Below, one piece after another: positions 38,201-53,200 of a DNA stretch of 64,000 nt. How positions within the stretch are numbered: position 1 is the first letter of the stretch; every line of letters starts with the position of its first letter. The DNA comes from Antedon mediterranea (taxonomy: Eukaryota > Animalia > Echinodermata). Made by a program: the position numbers and the translations under genes. The notes under the pieces are model-generated. The model was not told the DNA's origin and searched no databases. It was given only the letters and a program-made list of their open reading frames with translations. The DNA is taken from assembly GCF_964355755.1 (NCBI RefSeq), contig NC_092677.1:10500101-10564100 (forward strand), read 5' to 3'.

Positions 38201-41200
38201 AAGCCAGCTGGACAGACACAGATATAGAATGTATCATCCATAGTAAGACAAGAGCCACCATTCAAACAAGGAAAGGTGTTACATGGATTTTCGTTCACAG
38301 TTACCACTAAAGAAAATAATATACTATACTATAATACACAGAATTTTTACATATTTAACAGTTTACAATAAAGATGTATTGTCCCTTTGACTAATTCCAA
38401 AACAATTTTTAAAAAAAGATTTCGAAAAAAGTGGGTCATTTTGAAGTATCATAATAGTTATTAACTTTCACCAAAAATTAGTAAAAAAAAAATAATTTAG
38501 CTGAAATACAGATGTTTTTTGACAGACAGAAGTCAAAGTTTTCGATCAAAACATATCTCATAATGCAACGCGCTTGTTTGGCTACTTTGTATGCATAATC
38601 ATAAAACTTCCTCGTGATCTGTGTGAAAACACCTTCTCAACCGTGACGAGTTGTAAACAATCCTAATTAGCATCAGGCATAATGCATACCCGTAGTTTGA
38701 AATCTTTGTTTACTTTCGCTCGCGACGATTTGTAATCAAATTAATTTACCTGTTAATTACGTAAACTTGTTGTTTTTTGCTCTAATTTTCGACTTAAAGT
38801 GAATAACTTTAATATAACTTTGATATGGCCAATTTAAATTAATTAAATTTATAAATATATTGACCTTCATTTTTTTGTGTTTCAAGGGACAATACATCTT
38901 TAAGTATTCTTAACATTTGGTTAATTTTGTATCAGTGACACAACAAAAAAATTGTAAAATTAAAATTAACTGATTTTAAATTTTATATTATTAGGTAAGC
39001 TTATTTACCATGACTCTGCAGAAAAAAAAATCTTAACTTTTATAAAATCTGAAACATTTTAAAATAATTTAAGTTTACAAATATACAAATAGTACAATAT
39101 TGGTGGACTGATTAATAATAAAAGTTTAAAATAAAATGATTTGATCAATGGGCCAATAGTATTATGAATAAGGAAACGTAGACCATAAGATATTGCATTC
39201 AAATGCGATTTGATTTTTGTTTTTATCAATTATTACTATGTACTTATATGTATTGTTTTTTAAATTGCCTTACGTGAGGTGAATAAAGAATTTGACTTTG
39301 AGTTGAACTTTGACTTTAACTAATTGTCCCATTTTGGTTGATGTTGATGCCAATGTTAATTTTCTACTCTGAAGTAAATTGTAATTAAGAGCAAATACAC
39401 GCACATAAAACTAGTTCTCTTCAACTGATGGCGTATCCCGAAAGTTGTTTTAATACATTTATAAAAGAGGCAGTTTTAACCTATTTGATTAGGATTTTCT
39501 TTTCTCTATCCTGCCTATGCAGCTCTTTCATTCTATTTTGTTATATACTATTCACACATAATGCATGCTAGGCAAGTAATCAGTACTCTCACTACCAGTG
39601 ATTGACCAGGTGGGCTTTTTCGAGATAAACTGTATTTGAATGTCAAAGGAATAGAATTGTGTACGATCGTGTTTACCAAATATCAATATATTAATGACCT
39701 TACCATCCACTTCAATTATCTCAACAATCATGCTTCATATATTTATTTTACAATCTAATCCAAATGGCACTTTGATTAGATTGTATAATTTTGTCTTGTC
39801 TGCTTCTTAGGAAAATATGTAAAATTGGCAGGGAATCTCTAAAAAATCCTATTATTGTAGTAGGAATTTACAACATTAGCAGCATTCTTTTCGAAAAGAA
39901 GCCTGCCACATCCCCCACCCTCTCCCCACTTCAGTTTGCAAAAGTAAAGGTAATCTCAAAAAGAAGCCTGCCACATCCCCCACCCTCTCCCCACTTCAGT
40001 TTGCAAAAGTAAAGGTAATCTCAAAAAGAAGCCTGCCACATCCCCCACCCTCTCCCCACTTCAGTTTGCAAAAGTAAAGGTAATCTCAAAAAGAAGCCCA
40101 CAAATATGGATAATCTCTATTAAGATTTACCTAGTTGACAGTTAATTCCAGTCCATCCTGAAACACACTGACAAGTGTACGAGGTGCTACCACATACACC
40201 ATTGTCAACACATGTTCCTCCATTCTGGCATGGGTTAATAGTAGCACAGGCTAGTTCGAGACCTAGATATAAGAATATAAAATGATTCATCTTACAAATT
40301 GAAACTGACCACCAATTACATAAATATAAGATTTAATCGGTTTAGTTTCAGAGCACTATATGAATTCACAGTTATAACAGGTCATCTGCTAAAATTATTA
40401 TCAGACCAACCAGAGACAACTGTTGGGACAAGAAGTATATTTTGCCATAATTGACCATTCCCATCAAAACTTAAAATATTATTCTGGTCCTCAAGCTTAA
40501 CTGGAAACTGAGGAAATTCGGATTAGGCCTTCCACGGACCCACGGCAGCCAGCAGTGCAGCACCTGGTAGATCAGCACACTGGGAGACGATCCCCTACTC
40601 TTTTCAAATAGTGTACCAAATTCTTTAACATGCACTGGACCAATGGCTTTACATCTGGATGAGGCGATGAGAGTAAAGCATCTTGCCTAAGGATGCAATT
40701 AGTATGGTACAAATAACCTCGAACCCATGCCTATTACATGCTAGTCCGATATTATCATTACACAATTACTATCTGGTGTATACACAGCACTCGCCGCTAT
40801 TTCTAGACGGTGTCTCATCAAGAACGCAATCGGGCCCAACTTGATGTGATGAAAACCGGTGTTTCAACGATGTATGGCCAACATCATGAGATGATCTAAT
40901 CAGCATTTTGATATTAAATATTTTTTGAATTGCAGCTTTCTGTATATGTGGCCATTTCATATTGACGCTCGAATAAAACTAAACTTACGTTGTTGACAAT
41001 TTGCTCCAGTATAGCATGATTGACATGTACATGTGTATGTAGAACAACCTGTATTTACAGTACCAGCTATACAAACTCCTCCATTCTGACATGGGTTGCC
41101 TGCACATCCATTATTTACTGAAACCAAAAACGAACGTCAGTCTAATAAATCAGCCTAAAATTGTTCCAGCTAAAATTTATTTCAGTATACATAGTGATAG

Positions 41201-44200
41201 GGTCAAGTAGCATAGTATTTTTTAACAGTTGAATTTAAATTCACTAAATGTCACATCAAAATTATTTTTGTGATGGCATTATTTTAATGTATAGTCAATG
41301 AAGTTAATGAGAAAAATAAATAATAAAAAACAGCTAAAAAATAATGCATATTACAAGCATATATTGTAGGTAAAGCTATAGAAAGGGTTTTCAGTACTGT
41401 ACAGCAGTTAGTAAAAGACACAAAGACTTACCAGTAGAACAGAAAGCTCCACTAAAACAGCCAGAACATTGGCAAGTGTAACCATCGCAAGTTGAACCTG
41501 TGGCTACGCACACAGCCCCATTTTGGCATGAATTATTTTCGCAGGCATCAGATACTATAACATAGTTTAAAAAACATTATTAATTTTATTACTTTATTAC
41601 AAACATATATTTTAGGCTCCACAATGTTGAATGGATGAAAAATATTCCCATTTTCAATTCATGATCATTCATTCAACACACATTTTAGTGAAAGGTTTGC
41701 AAACAAATTGATCAAATGAAGGTGGACGGTTAAACTAGTTTTTTGTTAATGATCAACTATAGAAAGATGTAAAACCTACGTGTTTGACAGAATTGGCCAC
41801 TATAGCACGTGGGGCAGTTGCATTGGTAAGTGGTACATCCACTGCCTACATTGGCACAGGCAGCACCATTCATACACTGATGATTGTCACAGGCAGAAAC
41901 AGCTACAAAATAGAGAAAATATAAAAACATTTGTTCAGATGCCATTTATAAACAATCTGTAACATGGTGGGACCAAACCCTATTAGTCACACAGGCTATT
42001 CACCCCTTACTATCCTCGATGCCTACATAACTTGGAACACTACATTCCTGAGGTGGGTCTTCCAAGTAAAGTAAATCAGGATGTGGTACCATTTAATTAT
42101 TCATCCTTCCTGTCCACTTAATATAAATATATATTTTGTAGTTAAGTTAGTTAGTTCGGGTATTGATTCTTGAGACTATCACATCAGTCAGAATCACTAC
42201 ATTTTCACATTGTTTTATAATCTTACTTTTGATTGAATAAATAGTATATTTTGTACATTGAATACTTTTGTGCCATCGTTATTGTCTATGCCCTCGACAC
42301 GACTACCGTTACACAATCATACACATTTACACTAATCTACACTATTACACCAAATCTTATATTTAAATAAAATTGTTTTTTTAGTTGGAACAAGCACTCA
42401 ACACTAAAATAAACAATGTATTTAGAAAATTATGTAAGATAGAAAAACATTGATAGTAAAAACAAATACAATAATTGTTTATTTTACAGTTGGTTAGTGT
42501 CAACTGTATGAAAAATAACTGAAACTCACATGTTTCACAGAATTGTCCAGTGTAGCAATTTGGACAAGAACATGTGTATGCTGTACAGGAACCAGAAACT
42601 TGGACACAACCACCTCCATTCTGACAAGCATTGTTAGAGCAAGCATTCAACACTGATAAAACAAACATGACATGAATTACACACATTGTGTACTAGACTA
42701 ATAAGAGTAACAATTTAGATTGACTATGAATAATGATATACAAGTAGAAAAGAAAATGAAACTCACAAGTTTCACAGAATGTTCCAGTATAACAATTTGG
42801 ACAAGAACATGTGTATGCTGTACAGGAACCAGAAACCTGGACACAAGCAGCTCCATTCTGACAAGCATTGTTAGAGCAAGCATTTAACACTGATAAAACA
42901 AACATGACATGAATTACACACATTGTGTACTAGACTAGGAAGAGTAACACTTTAGATTGACTATGAATAATGATATACAAGTAGAAATATAAATGAATTG
43001 AAACTCACAAGTTTCACAGAATTGTCCAGTGTAGCAATTTGGACAAGAACATGTGTATGCTGTACAGGAACCAGAAACCTGAACACAACCAGCTCCATTT
43101 TGACAAGCATTGTTATCACAAGCATTCAGTACTAAAATAACAAAACAATGTACTTAGAAAATATGTAACATAGAAACATCTAATATAAATTATAAAGTGT
43201 GAATAAAAATATACAAATCATTTTTGTTATAGTTGTTTAATCAACTGGATGCAATATGAATGAAACTTACAAGTTTCACAGAATTGTCCAGTGTAGCAAT
43301 TTGGACAGGTACATGTGTATGCTGTACAGGAACCAGAAACCTGGACACAACCAGCTCCATTCTGACAAGCATTGTTAGAGCAGGCATTCAACACTAAAAC
43401 ATGATGACGAAACAATAATAAGTAACAGAAAACACATGGCAAACTATTACAAACACTAATATTAAGAAAAGATAATTATATAGCAAAATTGCGATATATG
43501 AATCGTAATAGGAAATGTACTGTAGCTCCATTGTAAAAAGCACTGGATTAGTTCTCACTTTGCAAAATATGTACCATAGAATAAAAATAACAATAATAAT
43601 ATGAAAATAAAAGAGTTTATAAATGTTTATATAGATAAAGATGGCTTAGTGATCTGGAGGTCGTGGGGGTCGTGGGGGTCGAGTTCAACTTGAGAATTAC
43701 TTGCAAATATCATTGCAAGTATTTTCAAATGTACTTAGTATTTTGTCAGATTAATATTAATATTAATCTTTATCATATGATAACAATATTGACAAAAATA
43801 GTTAAGATATTTGTTAAATAAAATGTATTGGTATATATTGTTTATAACTATTAAGTAGAAAGATAAAGTTAACATAATTTACAAAATGAAACATAAAATA
43901 TGTAAAATTCATAAATTAACGAAACTTACAAGTTTCACAGAATGTTCCGGTGTAGCAGCCTGGACAAGAACATGTGTATGCTGTACAGGAACCAGCAACC
44001 TGGACACAAGCACCTCCATTCTGACAAGCGTTGTTGTCACAAGCATTCAACACTATATAAAAAATATTTCAAAATGTCAAATTTCAAACTATATTTTGAA
44101 ATAATGTAATTATCTATTTTGCTAATAACAATAAGCACAGCAATATTAAGTACTGCAAAAATATAAAAGATAAATGTTAAATATGCGAACATAAGAACTA

Positions 44201-47200
44201 GCATATAATACAAATATCAAGTGATTAACTTACAAGTTTCACAGAATTGTCCGGTGTAACATGATGGACAGGTACATGTGTATGCTGTACAGGAACCAGA
44301 AACCTGGACACAACCACCTCCATTCTGACAAGCATTGTTGGTACAAGCATTCAACACTAAATAATAAAACAATGTACTTAGAAAATATGTAACCGAAATC
44401 TTGTATTATGTATTGTCAATTTAGAATTGGTTATGAAGGATTTACAGTTGTTTAGTCAACTGTGTGAAAATAAATGAAACATACAAGTTTCGCAGAATTG
44501 TCCAGTATAACAGTTTGGACAAGAACATGTGTATGCTGTACAGGAACCAGAAACTTGGACACAACCAGCTCCATTCTGACAAGCATTGTTGGAACAAGCA
44601 TTCAATACTGGAATAACAAGAAATAATAAAATAATGCACAAATATGTAACATAGAAACATCTAATATAAAATATACTGGATGCAACATGAATGACACGTA
44701 CAAGTTTCACAGAATTGTCCAGTGTAACATGATGGACAAGAACATGTGTATGCTGTACAGGAACCAGAAACCTGGACACAACCAGCTCCATTCTGACAAG
44801 CATGGTTAGAGCAAGTATTCAACACTGATAAAACAAACATGACATGAATTACACACATTGTGTACTAGACTAAGAAGAGTAACAATTAAGAGTGAATTTG
44901 AGTAATGATATGTAAGTAGAAATGAAAATGAAAGTCAAAAGTTTCAAAGAATGTTCCAGTATAACAATTTGGACAAGAACATGTGTATGCTGTACAGGAA
45001 CCTGAAACCTGGACACAACCAGCTCCATTCTGACAAGCATTGTTGGAGCAGGCATTCAACACAGATAAAACAAACATGACATGAATTACACACTTTGTGT
45101 ACTAGACTAAGAAGAGTAACAATTTAGATTGACTATGAATAATGATATGCAAGTAGAAATATAAATGAATTGAAACTCACAAGTTTCACAGAATGTTCCA
45201 GTGTAACAATTTGGACAAGAACATGTGTATGCTGTACAGGAACCAGAAACCTGGACACAACCAGCTCCATTCTGACAAGCATGGTTAGAGCAAGCATTCA
45301 ACACTGATTAAACAAACATGACATGAATTACACACATTGTGTACTAGACTAAGAAGAGTAACAATTAAGAGTTACTATGAAAAATGATATGCAAGTAGAA
45401 ATGTAAATGATACTAACAAGTTTCACAAAATTGTCCAGTAAAACAATTTGGACAAGAGCATGTGTATGCTGTACAGGAACCAGAAACCTGGACACAACCA
45501 GCTCCATTTTGACAAGCGTTGTTGGAACAAGCATTCAACACTACCAATGCGTGGTAATTAATTTAAGCATAGTATTTGAAATCTTTTATAGTATTTTTAG
45601 TTTATAGGCCTACTCAATTAAAATAATAAATATGGACATATTTTTTGACTTACAAGTTTCACAAAATTGTCCAGTATAACATGATGGACAAGAACACGTA
45701 TATGCTGTACAGGAACCAGAAACCTGGACACAACCAGCTCCATTCTGACAAGCGTTGTTGGAACAAGCATTCAACACTGAAATAATAAAATAATGCACTT
45801 AGAAAATATGTAACATAGAAACATCTAAAATAAAATATACAGGATGCAACATGAATGAAACGTACAAGTTTCACAGAATTGTCCAGTGTAACATGATGGA
45901 CAAGAACATGTGTATGCTGTACAGGAACCAGAAACCTGGACACAACCAGCTCCATTCTGACAAGCATTGTTGGAGCAGGCATTCAACACTGATAAAACAA
46001 ACATGACATGAATTACACACATTGTGTACTAGACTAAGAAGAGTAACAATTTAGATTGACTATGAATAATGATATGCAAGTAGAAATATAAATGAATTGA
46101 AACTCACAAGTTTCACAGAATGTTCCAGTGTAACAATTTGGACAAGAACATGTGTATGCTGTACAGGAACCAGAAACCTGGACACAACCAGCTCCATTCT
46201 GACAAGCATTGTTGTCACATGCATTCAACACTGAAAAAAGCAAATATAAAATTATTTAAAATGTCACAGAATTTTTGTATTTCAAACTATTTAGAAATAA
46301 TGTAAATATCTATTTTGCTAATAACAATAAGCACAACAATATTAAGTACTGGAAAAAGATAAAAGATAAATGTTAAATATGCGAACATAAGAACTAGCAT
46401 ATAATACAAATATCAAGTGATTAACTTACAAGTTTCACAGAATTGTCCGGTGTAACATGATGGACAGGTACATGTGTATGCTGTACAGGAACCAGAAACC
46501 TGGACACAACCACCTCCATTCTGACAAGCATTGTTGGTACAAGCATTCAACACTAAATAATAAAACAATGTACTTAGAAAATATGTAACCGAAATCTTGT
46601 ATTATGTATTGTCAATTTAGAATTGGTTATGAAGGATTTACAGTTGTTTAGTCAACTGTGTGAAAATAAATGAAACTTACAAGTTTCGCAGAATTGTCCA
46701 GTATAACAGTTTGGACAAGAACATGTGTATGCTGTACAGGAACCAGAAACTTGGACACAACCAGCTCCATTCTGACAAGCATTGTTGGAACAAGCATTCA
46801 ATACTGAAATAATAAAATAATGCACAAATATGTAACATAGAAACATCTAATATAAAATATACTGGATGCAACATGAATTAAACGTACAAGTTTCACAGAA
46901 TTGTCCAGTGTAACATGATGGACAAGAAAATGTGTATGCTATACAGGAACCAGAAACCTGGACACAACCAGCTCCATTCTGACAAGCATGGTTAGAGCAA
47001 GCATTCAACACTGATAAAACAAACATGACATGAATTACACACATTGTGTACTAGACTAAGAAGAGTAACAATTAAGAGTGAATTTGAGTAATGATATGTA
47101 AGTAGAAATGAAAATGAAAGTCACAAGTTTCACAGAATGTTCCAGTATAACAATTTGGACAAGAACATGTGTATGCTGTACAGGAACCTGAAACCTGGAC

Positions 47201-50200
47201 ACAACCAGCTCCATTCTGACAAGCGTTGTTGGAGCAGGCATTCAACACAGATAAAACAAACATGACATGAATTACACACATTGTGTACTAGACTAAGAAT
47301 AGTAACAATTTAGATTGACTATGAATAATGATATGCAAGTAGAAATATAAATGAATTGAAACTCACAAGTTTCACAGAATGTTCCAGTGTAACAATTTGG
47401 ACAAGAACATGTGTATGCTGTACAGGAACCAGAAACCTGGACACAACCAGCTCCATTCTGACAAGCATGGTTAGAGCAAGCATTCAACACTGATAAAACA
47501 AACATGACATGAATTACACACATTGTGTACTAGACTAAGAAGAGTAACAATTAAGAGTTACTATCAAAAATGATATGCAAGTAGAAATGTAAATGATACT
47601 AACAAATTTCACAAAATTGTCCAGTAAAACAATTTGGACAAGAACATGTGTATGCTGTACAGGAACCAGAAACCTGGACACAACCAGCTCCATTTTGACA
47701 AGCGTTGTTGGAACAAGCATTCAACACTACCAATGCGTGGTAATTAATTTAAGCATAGTATTTGAAATCTTTTATAGTATTTTTAGTTTATAGGCCTAAT
47801 CAATTAAAATAATAAATATGGACATATTTTTTGACTTACAAGTTTCACAAAATTGTCCAGTATAACATGATGGACAAGAACACGTATATGCTGTACAGGA
47901 ACCAGAAACCTGGACACAACCAGCTCCATTCTGACAAGCGTTGTTGGAACAAGCATTCAACACTGAAATAATAGAATAATGCACTTAGGAAATATGTAAC
48001 ATAGAAACATCTAAAATAAAATATACTGGATGCAACATGAATGAAACATACAAATTTCACAGAATTGTCCAGTGTAACATGATGGACAAGAACATGTGTA
48101 TGCAGTACAGGAACTAGAAACCAGGACACAACCAGCTCCATTCTGACAAGCATTGTTAGAGCAAGCATTCAACACTGATAAAACAAACATGACATGAATT
48201 ACACACATTGTGTACTAGACTAAGAAGAGTAACACTTTAGATTGACTATGAATAATGATATGCAAGTAGAAATATAAATGAAACTTACAAGTTTCACAGA
48301 ATTGTCCAGTGTAACAATTTGGACAAGAACATGTGTATGCTGTACAGGAACCAGAAACCTGAACACAACCAGCTCCATTTTGACAAGCATTGTTATCACA
48401 AGCATTCAGTACTAAAATAACAAAAAAATGTACTTAGAAAATATGTAACATAGAAACATCTAATATAAAATATAAAGAGTGAATAAAAATATACAAATCA
48501 TTTTTTATATAGTTGTTTAGTCAACTGGATGCAATGCAACATGAATGAAACTTACAAGTTTCACAGAATTGTCCAGTGTAGCAATTTGGACAAGAACATG
48601 TGTATGCTGTACAGGAACCAGAAACCTGGACACAACCAGCTCCATTCTGACATGCATTGTTGGAGCAGGCATTCAACACTGAAACAACAAACATGACATG
48701 AATTACACACATTGTGTACTAGACTAAGAAGAGTAACAATTTAGAATGACTATGAATAATGATATACAAGTAGAAATGTAAATGAAACTCACAAGTTTCA
48801 CAGAATGTTCCAGTATAACAATTTGGACAAGAACATGTGTATGCTGTACAGGAACCAGAAACCTGGACACAACCAGCTCCATTCTGACAAGCATTGTTGG
48901 AGCAGGCATTCAACACTGAAACAAAAAACATGACATGAATTACACACATTGTGTACTAGACTAAGAATAGTAACAATTTAGATTGACTATGAATAATGAT
49001 ATGCAAGTAGATATGTAAATGAAACTCACAAGTTTCACAGAATTGTCCAGTGTAGCAATTTGGACAAGAACATGTGTATGCTGTACAGGAACCAGAAACT
49101 TGGACACAACCACCTCCATTCTGACAAGCATTGTTAGAGCAAGCATTCAACACTGATAAAACAAACATGACATGAATTACACACATTATGTACTAGACTA
49201 AGAAGAGTAACAATTTAGATTGACTATGAATAATGATATGCAAGTAGATATGTAAATGAAACTCACAAGTTTCACAGAATTGTCCAGTGTAGCAATTTGG
49301 ACAAGAACATGTGTATGCTGTACAGGAACCAGAAACCTGAACACAACCAGCTCCATTTTGACAAACATTGTTATCACAAGCATTCAGTACTAAAATAACA
49401 AAACAATGTACTTAGAAAATATGTAACATAGAAACATCTAATATAAAATATAAAGAGTGAATAAAAATATACAAATCATATTTGTTATTAGTTGTTTAAT
49501 CAACTGGATGCAATATGAATGAAACTTACAAGTTTCACAGAATTGTCCAGTGTAGCAATTTGGACAAGAACATGTGTATGCTGTACAGGAACCAGAAACC
49601 TGGACACAACCAGCTCCATTCTGACAAGCATGGTTAGAGCAAGCATTCAACACTGATAAAACAAACATGACATGAATTACACACATTGTGTACTAGACTA
49701 AGAAGAGTAACACTTTAGATTGACTATGAATAATGATATACAAGTAGAAATATAAATGAAACTCACAAGTTTCACAGAATGTTCCAGTATAACAATTTGG
49801 ACAAGAACATGTGTATGCTGTACAGGAACCAGAAACCTGGACACAAGCAGCTCCATTCTGACAAGCATTGTTAGAGCAAGCATTTAACACTGATAAAACA
49901 AACATGACATGAATTACACACATTGTGTACTAGACTAAGAAGAGTAACAATTAAGAGTGAATTTGAGTAATGATATGTAAGTAGAAATATAAATGAAACT
50001 AACAAGTTTCACAAAATGTTCCAGTATAACAATTTGGACAAGAACTTGTGTATGCTGTACATGAACCAGAAACCTGAATACAACCAGCTCCATTCTGACA
50101 AGCGTTGTTGGAGCAAGCATTCAACACTACCAATGCGTGGAAATTAATTTAAGCATAGTATTTGATATCTTTTATAGTATTTTTAGTTTATAATAGGCAT

Positions 50201-53200
50201 AATCAATTACATTTATCAATATGGACATATTTTTTGACTTACAAGTTTCACAGAATTGTCCAGTATAACATGATGGACAAGAACACGTGTATGCTGTACA
50301 GGAACCAGAAACCTGGACACAGCCAGCTCCATTCTGACAAGCATGGTTAGAGCAAGCATTCAACACTGATAAAACAAACATAACATGAATTACACACATT
50401 GTGTACTACACTAAGAAGAGTAACAATTTAGATTGACTATGAAAAATGATATACAAGTAGAAATGAAAATGAAACTCACAAGTTTCACAGAATGTTCCAG
50501 TATAACAATTTGGACAAGAACATGTGTATGCTGTACAGGAACCAGAAACCTGGACACAACCACCTCCATTCTGACAAGCATGGTTAGAGCAAGCATTCAA
50601 CACTGATAAAACAAACATGACATGAATTACACACATTGTGTACTAGACTAAGAAGAGTAACACTTTAGATTGACTATGAATAATGATATACAAGTAGAAA
50701 TATAAATAAAACTTACAAGTTTCACAGAATTGTCCAGTGTAACAATTTGGACAAGAACATGTGTATGCTGTACAGGAACCAGAAACCTGCACACAACCAG
50801 CTCCATTTTGACAAGCATTGTTATCACAAGCATTCAGTACTAAAATAACAAAACAATGTACTTAGAAAATATGAAACATAGAAACATCTAATATAAAATA
50901 TAAAGAGTGAATAAAAATATACAAATCATTTTTGTTATAGTTGTTTAATCAACTGGATGCAATATGAATGAAACTTACAAGTTTCACAGAATTGTCCAGT
51001 GTAGCAATTTGGACAAGAACATGTGTATGCTGTACAGGAACCAGAAACCTGGACACAACCAGCTCCATTCTGACAAGCATGGTTAGAGCAAGCATTCAAC
51101 ACTGATAAAACAAACATGACATGAATTACACACATTGTGTACTAGACTAAGAAGTGTAACAATTTAGATTGACTATGAATAATGATATACAAGTAGAAAT
51201 ATAAATGAAACTCACAAGTTTCACAGAATGTTCCAGTATAACAATTTGGACAAGAACATGTGTATGCTGTACAGGAACCAGAAACCTGGACACAAGCAGC
51301 TCCATTCTGACAAGCATTGTTAGAGCAAGCATTTAACACTGATAAAACAAACATGACATGAATTACACACATTGTGTACTAGACTAAGAAGTGTAACACT
51401 TTAGATTGACTATGAAAAATGATATGTAAGTAGAAATATAAATGAAACTAACAAGTTTCACAAAATGTTCCAGTATAACAATTTGGACAAGAACTTGTGT
51501 ATGCTGTACATGAACCAGAAACCTGAATACAACCAGCTCCATTCTGACAAGCGTTGTTGGAGCAAGCATTCAACACTACCAATGCGTGGAAATTAATTTA
51601 AGCATAGTATTTGATATCTTTTATAGTATTTTTAGTTTATAATAGGCATAATCAATTAAATTGATCAATATGGACATATTTTTTGACTTACAAGTTTCAC
51701 AGAATTGTCCAGTATAACATGATGGACAAGAACATGTGTATGCTGTACAGGAACCAGAAACCTGGACACAACCAGCTCCATTCTGACAAGCATTGTTATC
51801 ACAAGCATTCAGTACTAAAATAACAAAACAATGTACTTAGAAAATATGTAACATAGAAACATCTAATATAAAATATAAAGAGTGAATAAAAATATACAAA
51901 TCATTTTTGTTATAGTTGTTTAATCAACTGGATGCAATATGAATGAAACTTACAAGTTTCACAGAATTGTCCAGTGTAGCAATTTGGACAAGAACATGTG
52001 TATGCTGTACAGGAACCAGAAACCTGGACACAACCAGCTCCATTCTGACAAGCATGGTTAGAGCAAGCATTCAACACTGATAAAACAAACATGACATGAA
52101 TTACACACATTGTGTACTAGACTAAGAAGAGTAACACTTTAGATTGACTATGAACAATGATATACAAGTAGAAATATAAATGAAACTTACAAGTTTCACA
52201 GAATGTTCCAGTATAACAATTTGGACAAGAACATGTGTATGCTGTACAGGAACCAGAAACTTGGACACAACCACCTCCATTCTGACAAGCATTGTTGGTA
52301 CAAGCATTCAATACTGGAATAACAAGAAAGATAAATGGTTAAAAGAGATAAGTATAAATGTAGTTGTGCTATGTACAGTAGTTGTTTAAAACAATCGCAA
52401 TCGCAGAAACTTACAAGTTTCACAGAATTGTCCGGTATAACACGATGGACAGGTACATGTGTATGCTGTACAGGAACCAGAAACCTGGACACAGGTAGCT
52501 CCATTCTGACAAGCGCTGTTAGAACAAGCATTCAACACTGCAAAATATAGGAAATTATATGCATTCTTTACTTTCTAATCATCTTTGTTATGTTAAAAAA
52601 ATTTGATCCTTCTTTTGAGATGTAAAAGAATAAAGAATTACATAAACTTACAAGTTTCACAGAATTGTCCAGTGTAACAATTTGGACAAGAACATGTGTA
52701 TGCTGTACAGGAACCAGAAACCTGGACACAACCGCCTCCATTCTGACAAGCATTGTTATCACAAGCATTCAACACTGTAAAATAAAAGAAAAACATTTTT
52801 AAATCGTCGTTTTTTTTTTAATTATTACCATTGTTAATTAATTAGTAGATTATTTAATAGTATAACAAATGCAAGAAAAAGAGACACCACCAGCAATAAT
52901 ACTGAAAATGAATAAATGTAAAGAAGTATTATGTTGGACAAGTTTTCAGTAAAAATAACTCACATGTTTCACAAAATTGTCCAGTGTAACATGTTGGACA
53001 AGAACATGTGTATGCTGTACAGGAACCAGAAACCTGGACACAAAAAGCTCCATTCTGACAAGCATTGTTGGAGCAAGCATTCAACACTACCAATGCATGA
53101 GAATTTAAGCATAGCATATATAAAATCTTATATAGTATAGGTATTTTATAATAGGCCTGAAAAATTCATGCAATTCTGACAAGAATTATTCGAATCCATG

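Noticed and set aside
40840-40895. Possible third hammerhead on the minus strand (CTCATGA..GAAACACCGGTT)
   Set aside because: The core CTGATGA is mutated and stems I and II are not convincing; at most a decayed remnant.
42670-42695. Small intronic hairpin TACACA-CAT-TGTGTA as a Dscam-style docking/selector element
   Set aside because: Only a 6-bp stem, repeated because the whole intron is recently duplicated; no complementary docking site was found by eye.
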